This document shows, piece by piece, positions 53,628 through 64,000 of a stretch of 64,000 bases of DNA. The DNA comes from Bugula neritina (Eukaryota; Animalia; Bryozoa), in assembly GCA_964035545.1 (NCBI GenBank), contig OZ037765.1, positions 19,158,995 through 19,222,994 on the forward strand, read 5' to 3'. Numbering within the stretch: position 1 is the stretch's first letter; every line of letters begins with the position of its first letter. A program made the translations under genes and the position numbers. The notes beneath the pieces are model-generated. The model worked only from the letters and a program-made list of their open reading frames with translations, was not told where the DNA came from and made no database searches.

Positions 53628-54049
53628 GGGTCATTTTACTTTATTTAGTACACACCGGAAGTTTCCAGTTTTTAGCTATTTTTTACAATTTAGCTGCTAA
53701 TGAACAAGGGTTTTTGCCCAAAACTAGTTAAATGTCAATCAACACACATAAATAATCGAGGTTCTTTTTAATTTTGATTGATTTTCCATGTTTTTTTCCT
53801 AATTATTTAGCTACTTTTGATTGCAGACCGTTATGGTTTTTTCGTAACGGTCTGCAATCAAAAGTAGCTGAATAATTAGGAAAAAACATGAAAAATCAAT
53901 CAAAATTAGGAAGAACCTTGACTATTTAGATGTATTTATTGAAATTTTATTAGTTTTGAGCAAAAACCCTTGTTCATTAGCAGCTGAATTTTGAAAAATA
54001 GCTAAAAACTGGAAATTTCCAGTGTGTACTAAATTAAGTAAAATGACCC
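53628..54049. mobile_element. 422-bp palindromic (foldback) MITE, Sola-like
   Basis: GGGTCATTTTACT...AGTAAAATGACCC; arms pair almost to the centre (~53835); 4-bp TSD AAAT. Superfamily assignment rests only on the GGG termini and 4-bp TSD. Confidence 0.8.
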
Positions 54050-54053
54050 AAAT

Positions 54054-54590
54054 CTATTTTCGCAAGGGGCTCCCTAAACTTTCCTTCAGCATATAATCTA
54101 GTAGGCTACTGCCCAGTAAACGACCACATTATGAACATGTGTAGTACATGTAAGTATATACCAACTACTTTTAATTGGTTTTCACACTTCTAAGGTGCTT
54201 AGCTGAGTACAGACTTTCACTTTCACTCTTCATATAAAACTGCAAATTTAATGTTTTGTTCTACAAGATACACATTTAGAAATAATCAAAAACTCTGTCA
54301 TGTTATTAATTGTGGGTTTTTACTTGTATATGCGTAAGTGTCTAATATTTTTCGATGTATAGTAAAAAGTCAGTAATTTTTTTTCTTTCAGATTAATTCA
54401 TAAAAAATAAGTAATAAAAGCATCAAGAGGAGACGTTAATTGTGTACATATGTCATATTATATGTATTTTGAAGAATAACATGTTTTATTCTCCCTGAAG
54501 TGCAATGGCTGACGAGTTTGCATGATGTGCTCGTCTCTTTCCATGCGCGTGTGTGCAAGTGTGTGCGAGTGTGTGCCTAATTGCATGCGC
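54054..54590 (+). repeat. Third copy of the lectin upstream region (homologous to ~33845-34350) with no lectin exons after it
   Basis: Collinear matches such as CATATAATCTAGTAGGCTACTGCCCAGTAA and AAAGCATCAAGAGGAGACGTTAATTGTGTA. Confidence 0.85.
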
Positions 54591-54911
54591 ACTCAAGGTA
54601 ACAAGGCAATGTGATTAATTAATTTTACCATACATTTAAAATTGTACTTCTTTAACTTGATGCTTTGTTTCAATTTTATATGAAAATAGTGTTAAATTTC
54701 TGAGCAAGAGAAAGTTGATTACAAACAAATTTTCTAGGGTTTTAACTTCATTTATACTTCATTTTATATATTTATGAGTTTAAAATAAAATATATTTTGT
54801 TTGACAGAGTAACATATTTCATAATTAGTATGAGAGAGTAACATACATAATAACTAGTTCGAGGAAGCAACATATATCAACAACTACAAGTTTAATACTG
54901 GCTTTTAGTCC

Positions 54912-54912
<1 letters not shown>

Positions 54913-54947
<35 letters not shown>

Positions 54948-55035
54948 GCGTGTGCGTGTGCGTGTGCGTGTGTGCGTGCGTGCGTGCGTGTGCGTGTGCG
55001 TGTGCGTGTGTGCGTGCGTGCGTGCGTGCGTGCCA

Positions 55036-55120
<85 letters not shown>
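54913..55120. repeat. Compound microsatellite (TG)n(CGTGTG)n(CGTG)n(TG)n forming the LINE tail
   Basis: Direct inspection; follows AATAAA on the minus strand. Confidence 0.95.
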
Positions 55121-55121
<1 letters not shown>

Positions 55122-55990
55122 TTATTTCATCATAGACATTTACACCGATTATAAAATGGGTGAAAAAATAAACAACAATAACTATCAAAAGAAAGTGTAA
55201 CAAAGAGAAAAAATTATTTTGAAGATGATATGATGGAGCCCATCGCGTAAAGGCAAAGCCAACAAGAACGCGAGCCTCTTTAATATTCAAATCATTTAAA
55301 GTTAGACTTTGATCAAAAATAAACTTTTTTTGATAGTTTTTGCCTATCATGTAGAAGGTTTTGTCATAGTTTATAGTTAGTTTATTTGTTTGACACATTT
55401 TATTAAATTGTATCAAGTCATAACTGATTATAGAAAATGCATTATCGAGGTTCCCAAATTTAAAAGACAGATTTGTGTCATCTGCATACAGTATGGGAGT
55501 TAGATATTTTAAATTGAGAAAAAGATCATTGATGTATAGTAGAAATAGGGTTGGACCCAATATGGAGCCCTGAGGTACACCACATGTTATAGTACTAGTT
55601 TTAGAAAAGGATTCATCTATTTTAGTTATCTGGTTTCTGTTTGTTAAATAATCTTGAATCCACTGAATGGCTAAGTCGCTGAAATTATATTGCTTCAATT
55701 TTTTACAAAGTAAAATGTAATCAATAGTGTCGAATGCTTTACGAAAAACAATAAATATACCAAGAACACATTCGCTTTTGTCAAAAGACTCAAGAATGTG
55801 ATTAGTGAACATTAAAACAGCATCTGATGTACCTCTACCACATCTGAATCCAAAATGGTGACGAAAAAGTATATTTGTAGTTTCCAAATAATGTAAGATT
55901 TGTTGGTTGACAATTGTTTCCATGATTTTGCTAAAGACTGGCAAAATTGATATAGGGCGATAATTTCCACTTTCATTGAGAGAACCTTAT
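54913..55990 (-). mobile_element. CR1/L2-group LINE fragment (RT domain plus 3' UTR), 5'-truncated and internally deleted
   Basis: NYRPISILPVFSKIME...GFR...GVPQGSILGPTLFLLYINDL...LYADDT; RT similarity stops at ~55275 and joins a 3' UTR ending AATAAA(CA)n. Confidence 0.9.
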
Positions 55991-56474
55991 GTTATTTTGC
56001 ATGTTGTAATTAAGACATGTTGCTATGATATTTTTACGATTTTATAGCATATTATGTTATCATTAAAAGGGAAGAGTTGTAGATATGAGAGTTTTATTTC
56101 TAAGACACTGAAGCGATGTGTAGGTATATAAACTCATCAATAAATAATAATAAATTGCAGTAAGCATCTTATATATAGTTTTAGCATGCACTAGTACACA
56201 AGTATTTCATTAAATACCTCTGAAGCAATAATTGCATAAATTTACTTTTAAATATCACCCATGGGGCGAATAAAAACAAAACAAAAGTAATTCATCAAAA
56301 AACATTTGCAATCAATTAAAAAAATTACAAATAAATTAATTATTAAATGTCACATTATAAATACTACAAACATAAAAGTAACATCTAACTGTATTGTCAC
56401 ATCCATGCTATCCAATGATGCGGATCACAGCTTCAAGGTGTAAGGGAAATTGTTGAATAGCTGGTGCTGGGTAA

Positions 56475-56908
56475 TTATGTTCTCATAGATTTGATGACTC
56501 TGCAAACAGAATAAAACTTGAAATAAATAATTGAAGTGCGCATGTACTCTTAGTAAAGCTAATAAGATGAAAAGCAATGCTGTAGCCAGATAATGCTGAT
56601 AGTGATTGTCGATGTCATACAAACATTAGACAAGTAATAATTACAACACGGATCTGGATTATGAGACGTACATGTGTAGGTACAACAGGAAATTTCCAGC
56701 GGTACTGAAACACGTGCTGTGATAAATAATTGAAAGTCACAATGATTATGATAAGACATAGTCATAACGACTGATTACTCACTACTGTGCTAGTGTTACT
56801 AGTACTAGTAGTAGCAACAGGCTCAGTTGGTAAAGCAATAACTATATGTTCAAGTTCGTATGCTACTATTAGTATAATAATAAACTAATGGTAGCTCGTG
56901 CTCACCAT
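56475..56908 (-). pseudogene. ADF/cofilin copy F: only exon 1 (ATG 56908-56906) and exon 5 (56499-56475) remain
   Basis: Intron-1 sequence (matching copy E ~51395-51680) is fused to intron-4 sequence at GTCAT (56614-56618). Confidence 0.88.
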
Positions 56909-57040
56909 TTTGAAGTATAATCTGAGTTAATACAGATACAAATATTGTCCAATTACTAGCTCTATCACTCAGTGTGAATCACTCTTCGTGCAAGGCGCTA
57001 CTTCTCACTAGGAATGAAAAACTGCGCAAGTGGCGAAGCC

Positions 57041-57067
57041 TTTATACCCATTCGTTTGGGATTTCCC
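57041..57067 (-). promoter_or_regulatory. Cofilin F TATA box plus kappaB-type site (57058-57067)
   Basis: TTTATA then GGGATTTCCC on the plus strand. Confidence 0.6.
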
Positions 57068-59374
57068 TGATTCAATCGTAGTTGCATAATAGTACGTCAT
57101 TGCGTAAACAATGCTTCGGCTAGCGACCTGCAGCTCGCAATACCATATTATATTATTATATATGATATATATATACAATATTATATTATTATTGCACTTC
57201 TGCTGACCATTAGTTAGTGCTTGTGTTACACTGAAAAGTAAGTTGTGTTGGCGCAAATAGTATGTTTTTACTGATTATTGCATGTTATACTTTTAACGTA
57301 TCACCACAATAAAATGTACGACAGTTATTAAAATGTATTATATTGCATTCATTTTTTATAGTTATTGTGTGATCCTTGTCTGCTTATATGCATATATATC
57401 AAACAGTTGTATATAGCAGTAGAATTACATAACAAAGTGGGATATATACATGACTGGCTGTGATATATAGCAGCATGTTATTGTACATACTATTATCAAT
57501 TACACAATTTTTAATGTATTATAAGTATAACAATAAATGTTGCAACCATATACATTGTTATATCAGGCAAGTAAATATCCTTCAGAATAGTATTTTATTA
57601 TACTGGTAATGTATTCAACAAATTACAATGAATGTAATTATATGATGAATAAAAAATTATGTCAAAACAATAAAACAAATATAATTAGTAAACTTTGTGA
57701 CATTGAAGTAAAAAAATCTGCAAGACACTATATGTGAACAGATTAATACGAATTGCTAAAATATTAGGAACCCTATACCAAAAGATTTACGTATGTACCA
57801 GTTTAACTATAACCATAAAAGCTGCAGTAAGGTAGACAACTCTGCAACACACCTATTACACACTACGAATAGCTAAATCTCTTTCTGAATAAACTTAGTT
57901 ATTACTGCTATACAAAGTTGTATGTTACATATATGCATAAAAATCTTCTTTACTATTTTGGAATCTCTTTGAATTAAACGAATTATAATATTATATGTAT
58001 TCAAGGATTCAGAAGTTAGAAAATGTACAATAAGATTAAAATATACTTAAAGGGAGTTTTGATTTAACCTATGAATATGTAAATTATGAATTTTTTATGA
58101 TTTAAATTAAAAGTTCACCTCCCAATTATTCAATAATGACAATTATAAAACCAGATAGATTCTCAACTTTGTACATAAATCCAGAAAATTTCTCGAGACA
58201 TTTTTTGAAACCCAGAAACAGTCTCTGATGTCTCAAACCTGCAACTCTCAACAGCTACAGATATCTGCTTGCTAGTGCTCTGTAGCCATCTACGTAGTTT
58301 CATGCTCACCAATCATTTCATAAAAAATTTATCAAGTGCAATTGTATTTATAACCAATAATGACTCTTTTTAAGCTAAATTAATGTTTATATAAAAAACC
58401 TATGAATAGTTGTTTTGGTTTAAAAAGTTGTTAACTGTAAAATTTTGAAAATAGATTTGCATCTGTATTGCTAGTACTGCTCATTTTCTTTACCTATGCC
58501 AGCCGCCAAATCTCAGCACTTTAGCTTATGCAACAAATCTTATTGAATATATTTTTGATACAAGGAGTTATCTGCTCTAGAAACAAAGTGCACCAGCCAT
58601 AGCCAAAGGGCACGTTAATATACTTATAATTATATTTCAATGCATATACCACTTTGGCTGCAACAAGTTCTAAATTGAGAAGTAGAAAATAGATGCCAAT
58701 AGAAGGTGATCTAATCAGTTGCTCCTAGGTTTAGGACAGCAAGACATTTTACCTATTTAAGGGAATATTGTGTTTTCTCAAGTTTTATTTAACCAGGTAA
58801 TAAAGTTGCTCAAAGCATTGCTTCCAATGACAATAGCGTACCAACCTGACTAATTGAATACAGTATTATTTTAATAATCTACTTGAAAAAAGTCATGAGG
58901 TGTTGTGCTCACCCAGCTTAAGTGTTTATAGCTTGAAATAGAATTTAAGACGTATAGTATTGCTTAAAAATTTCATTGATAGTTTAAGGTATTTAGACTT
59001 CATGCATCATGATCCATCAAGTGATTAGCAACAAATTGAATCCATACACATGGCACGGTTGATTCGCCAGAACTGGTATATTGAATATGTTTTCAGTTAA
59101 CTTTGAACAGGAAATGTATAATTCGAAATGAGATCATCAATTCAATTATTCAATTACTTGATGACGAAGTCTACAAACTATTAAATGAAGAGAAATACTA
59201 TCAATTATGGTAATATGTGTATTTGCTGTCACCAATTGGATATTTAATTATCATTAAAAGGCTGCCTGTTAGGAGGCAGCATTATTCAAAGCATCCTGAG
59301 AGAAGCTGTTCTTGCAAGGATGGCTCTTGAACTTGTCATATTTATGTATCCACTGATAATTAGCTTCCAGTATT

Positions 59375-59503
59375 GTGCTGTACATGTAGGTGCTGTACAT
59401 ATGGGTGCTGTAAAACATGTAGATGCTGTAAATTTAAGTGCTGTACATGTCAATGTTGTACATATTGATGCTGTACATATAGGTGCTGTACATGTAGATG
59501 CCC
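59375..59503. repeat. 15-bp minisatellite (GTGCTGTACATGTAG), ~8 degenerate units
   Basis: Direct inspection. Confidence 0.85.
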
Positions 59504-60014
59504 AGTTAATTATATTGCAGCCAATCATTTTCTTGGCATCTAAAATTAACTCAACATCATTTTTGTGTGCACTATTTACATGTGTAATTTGCTTTCTAAT
59601 AGCAAATGAAAGCTTTATCAAAATGTAAATACATATAGCACAATATGTCAAAGTTACATGTAACAAGCGTGTACATACAATATTTTGTTTTTAGGATTGT
59701 ATTTATTAGTTTATATATTATATTTATAGGATGTTAGTATTTATGCTAGATATTAGTGAAAAAAAGTTGAAAATTTCCAATTATTAAGTATAAATTATAC
59801 AAACTACTTTTAAAAAAGCAGTTTATGGTGTATTTAAATTAATATAGAACATGACTTTTTTGTAAAACTCAATATATCAACATGCAATCTTTCGCTAAAC
59901 CAGCAAAAAAACTGACTCGAGTTTTTATGAATTAATATTGAGAGAGATTTACTACTATTAGATTATTATTATTAGGCCTATAACTTATTATAGACGGCAA
60001 CAGCTCACTAGATA

Positions 60015-60345
60015 TTATATTATATACATTTATTTGTTTCGTCATTATATTAACAAACCAAGACATTAGGTACAAAAAAGCTAAGAAGGCTATGATGAAG
60101 CCCATTGCACTATAACCTAGTCATGCGCAAGCAGATACAAGCTGACAACAAGCCTATACCTGATACAAAACGCACAAACGACAATACCTATTCCAACAGG
60201 TGAAGCCTCAACTTTCTCCAAATTTAATATATAGAGTTACAGACTGATTGTAAAGCGGTTGGCAGTTCATTTTACAGTTCGGTCTCCTGATAACAGTTTT
60301 TTCTGTGACCTAATTCTGCTTGAGAGTGAGGAACCGGTTAACTTC
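60015..60345 (-). mobile_element. 3'-end fragment of a related CR1/L2-group LINE
   Basis: Degenerate ORF end (..LPTALQS...KLRLHLLE*); 3' UTR motif GCAATGGGCTTCATCATA similar to GCGATGGGCTCCATCATA at ~55245; AATAAA plus AT-rich tail. Confidence 0.6.
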
Positions 60346-60356
60346 CGAAAAACCCG

Positions 60357-63300
60357 ATAAGCTGTTGTGGTAGGTGAGCAAATTGAGTTTACAATTTCTA
60401 GTAGTAAATTATATATTCTCCTAGAACTTTGGGTTTTTAATTGGCATCTCTACTAGGGAAGATCACAATTGGCATCTCCACTATGAGAGACTGCAATTGT
60501 CCTCTCCCCTAGGCAGATTTAGCATAGTTACTAATAGCATTGCTGATCCAATTAGGAGAGATTGCAATTGGCATCTCCACTAGAGAGTATTGTAATTGGT
60601 TTTTCTACAAAGATGAATGTGCATTGTGATTAGGTATATGGCCAATCCTACTTGGAAAGCCTTCAATTAACAATTCCTTTAAGAAAAAAAAGCCAATTGT
60701 TACCTTTGCTGGTAGGATAATCAATTCTAAACAAAAAACTCCAGTTACGTACAGTAATCTTCTAAGCTACAACTATATTAATTGCTATGCTGTTTTGGTG
60801 TATGATAATTTGAAGTAGTATAAACTAAATGTACAAGCTCAATACTCCAGATAGGTTTTAATTACATAGTGTTCATAATTCTTTCATGTGAAAGTTTGAA
60901 GTTGTCCCTGACCAATAGATATTATCAAAAATAATAAATATATGCAGTGACCGAAGCTGTAAATCTTCTCCAGCTCAACATTTTATGGCGTTTACACAAT
61001 ACTGGCGCAACTAAAACCAGCTATTAATTTCAATGTACATGAAGATAGCATAAATTTTAAAAGACCAATAAGCTGCTGTGGTAGGTGAGAAAATTGAGTT
61101 TGCAAATTATAGTAGTAAATTATGTATTCTCTTAGTTGGGTTTCCTAATTAGCATCTCTACTAGGTGAGATTGCAATTGGCATCTCCACTAGGAAAGACT
61201 GCAACTGTCATTTCTCCTAGGCAGATTTGGCACAGTTGTTAGGAGCATTGCTAATCCAACTAGGGGAGATCACAATTGGCATCTCCACTAGGAGAGATTG
61301 CAATTGCCATCTCCCCTAGGCAGATTTGGCTTAGTTGCTAGGAGCATTGCTAATCCAACTAGGAGAGATTCCAATTGGCATCTCTAATAGTGTTGTAAGT
61401 GCTTTTACTACAAAGATGAATGTGCATAGTGATTAGGTATATGACCAATCTTACATGGAAAACCTTCAATTAGAAAAAAAGCCAATTGTTACCGCTGCTG
61501 GTAGAATAACCAATTTCAAACAAAAAATTCCAGTTACAGTATTCATCAAAGCTATAACTATATTAATTGCTACGCTCTATTCATGTATGATCATTTGAAG
61601 TAGTATAAACTAAACGTACAAACTCTACACTCCTGAGAGGTTTTCTTTATATGATGTTCATAATTATTTTGTGTGAACATTTGAGGTTGTCATTGACTAA
61701 TAGGTATTATCAAAAATAATAAATATATGCAGTGAGCTAAGCTGTGAATCCTTTCCAGTCCAGCATTTTATGGTGTTTATGCAAGACTAGCACAACTAAA
61801 ACCAGCTATTAATTTCAATGTACATGAACATAGCATAAATTTTAAAAAACCAATAAGCTGCTGTGGTAGGTGAGAAAATTGAGTTTGCAAATTCTAGTAG
61901 TAAATTATGTATTCTCTTAGTTGGGTTTCTAATTAGCATCTCTGCTAGGTGAGATTGCAATTGGCATCTCCACTAGGAGAGACTGCAATTGCTGTCTCTC
62001 CTAGGCAGATTTGGCACAGTTGCTAGGAGCATTGCTAATCCAACTAGGGGAGATCGCAATTGGCATCTCCACTAGGAGAGACTGCAATTGTCATCTCTCC
62101 TAGGCAGATTTGGCATAGTTGCTAGGAGCATTGCTAATTCAACTAGGAGAGATTGCGATTGGCATCTCTACTACAAAGTATTGTAATTGGTTTTTCTACA
62201 AAGGTGAATGTGCATAGTGATTAGGTATATGGCCAATCCTACTTGGAAAACTTTCAATTAGAAAAAAAGCCAATTGTTACCGCTGCTGGTAGAATAACCA
62301 ATTCCAAACAAAAAACTCCAGTTACAGTATTCATCAAAGCTATAACTATATTAATTGCTATGCTCTATTCATGTATAATCATTTGAAGTAGTATAAACTA
62401 AACGTACAAACTCTACACTCCTGATAGGTTTCAATTATATGATGTTCATAATTATTTTGTGTGAAAGTTTGAGGTTGTCATTGACTAATAGGTATTATCA
62501 AATATAATAAATATATGCAGTGAGCTAAGCTGTGAATCCTTTCCAGTCCAGCATTTTATGGTGTTTATGCAAGACTAGCACAACTAAAACCAGCTATTAA
62601 TTTCAATTTACATGAACATTGCATAAACTTTCAAAAACCAATAAGCTGCTGTGGTAGGTGAGAAAATTGAGTTTGCAAATTATAAAATTATGTATTCTCT
62701 TAGTTGGGTTTCTAATTGGCATACTAGGGAAGATTGCAATTGGCATCTTCACTAAGAGAGACTGCAATTGTCATCTCTCCTAGGCACATTTGGCATAGTT
62801 GCTAGGAGCATTGCTAATTCAACTAGGAGAGATTGCAATTGGCATCTCTACTAGAAAGTATTGTAATTGGTTTTTCTACAAAGATGAATGTGCATAGTGA
62901 TTAGGTATATGGCCAATCTTACTTGGAAAACTTTCAGTTAGAAAAAAAGCCAATTGTTACCTCTGCTGGTAGAATAACAAATTCCAAACAAAAAGCTCCA
63001 GTTACGTACAGTAATCATCTAAGCTACATCTATATTAATTGCTATGCTCTATTCATGTATGATCATTTGAAGTAGTATAAACTAAACATACAAACTCTAC
63101 ACTCCTGATAGGTTTTAATTATATGATGTTCATAATTATTTTGTGTGAAAGTTTGAGTTTGTCATTGACTAATAGGTATTATCAAAAATAATAAATATAT
63201 GCAGTGAGCTAAGCTGTGAATCCTTTCCAGTCCAGCATTTTATGGTGTTTATGCAAGACTGGCACAACTAAAACCAGCTAATAATTTCAATGTACATGAA

Positions 63301-64000
63301 CATAGCATAAACTTTCATAAACCAATAAGCTGCTGTGGTAGGTGAGAAAATTGAGTTTGCAATTTCTAGTAAAAAATTATGTATTCTCTTAGTTGGGTTT
63401 CTAATTAGCATCTCTACTAAGGGAGATTGCAATTGGCATCTCGACTAGGAAAGACTGCAATTGTCATCTGTCCTAGGCAGATTTGGCACAGTTGTTAGGA
63501 GCATTGCTAATCCAACTAGGGGAGATCGCAATTGGCATCTCCAATAGGAGAGATTGCAATTGCCATCTCCCCTAGGCAGATTTGGCTTAGTTGCTAGGAG
63601 CATTGCTAATCCAACTAGGAGAGATTGCATTTGGCATCTCTAATAGTGTTGTAATTGCTTTTACTACAAAGATGAATGTGCATAGTGATTAGGTATATGA
63701 CCAATCTTACATGGAAAACCTTCAATTAGAAAAAAAGCCAATTGTTACCGCTGCTGGTAGAATAACCAATTTCAAACAAAAAATTCCAGTTACAGTATTC
63801 ATCAAAGCTATAACTATATTAATTGCTATGCTCTATTCATGTATAATCATTTGAAGTAGTATAAACTAAACGTACAAACTCTACACTCCTGATAGGTTTC
63901 AATTATATGATGTTCATAATTATTTTGTGTGAAAGTTTGAGGTTGTCATTGACTAATAGGTATTATCAAATATAATAAATATATGCAGTGAGCTAAGCTG
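60357..64000. repeat. Satellite array of ~0.68-0.79 kb monomers with internal sub-repeats; continues past the window
   Basis: Monomer marker ATAAGCTG(C/T)TGTGGTAGGTGAG at 60357, 61068, 61853, 62641 and 63325. Confidence 0.93.

Noticed and set aside
54912-55200. CV/RA-repeat ORFs
   Set aside because: Translations of a microsatellite.
59261-59280. GCTGCCT-loop-AGGCAGC hairpin as a terminator or Helitron 3' end
   Set aside because: No CTRR end at the expected spacing and no identifiable 5' end.
59286-59666. CTAPI-repeat ORFs on both strands
   Set aside because: Produced by the 15-bp minisatellite; no splice or domain support.

Overview
AT-rich, intron-containing animal (invertebrate-type) genomic DNA; no prokaryotic features. 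From left to right: (1) the 5' part of an ACSF2-like AMP-binding acyl-CoA synthetase gene (minus strand, runs off the left edge). (2) A ~50 kb tandemly duplicated cluster of six ADF/cofilin copies (minus strand): four intact, one with a nonsense codon, one missing exons 2-4. All six carry an invariant NF-kappaB-type GGGATTTCCC site just upstream of the TATA box. They are interleaved with two convergent PAN/apple + F-type lectin (fucolectin-like) genes that differ by an all-nonsynonymous cluster of changes in a ligand-site loop. (3) Many transposon insertions, most with readable target-site duplications (TSDs): a non-autonomous Gypsy LTR element carrying an apparently spliced zinc-finger/coiled-coil accessory gene, two solo LTRs, an Academ element with a nested RTE fragment, two hAT elements, a tRNA-derived SINE, Harbinger-, piggyBac-, Tc1/mariner- and Sola-like non-autonomous elements, and CR1/L2-group LINE fragments. 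(4) A ~0.7-0.8 kb-unit satellite array from 60.36 kb to the right edge. All gene models and alignments were made by hand from GT-AG sites, reading-frame phase and paralog comparison; no database search was run.
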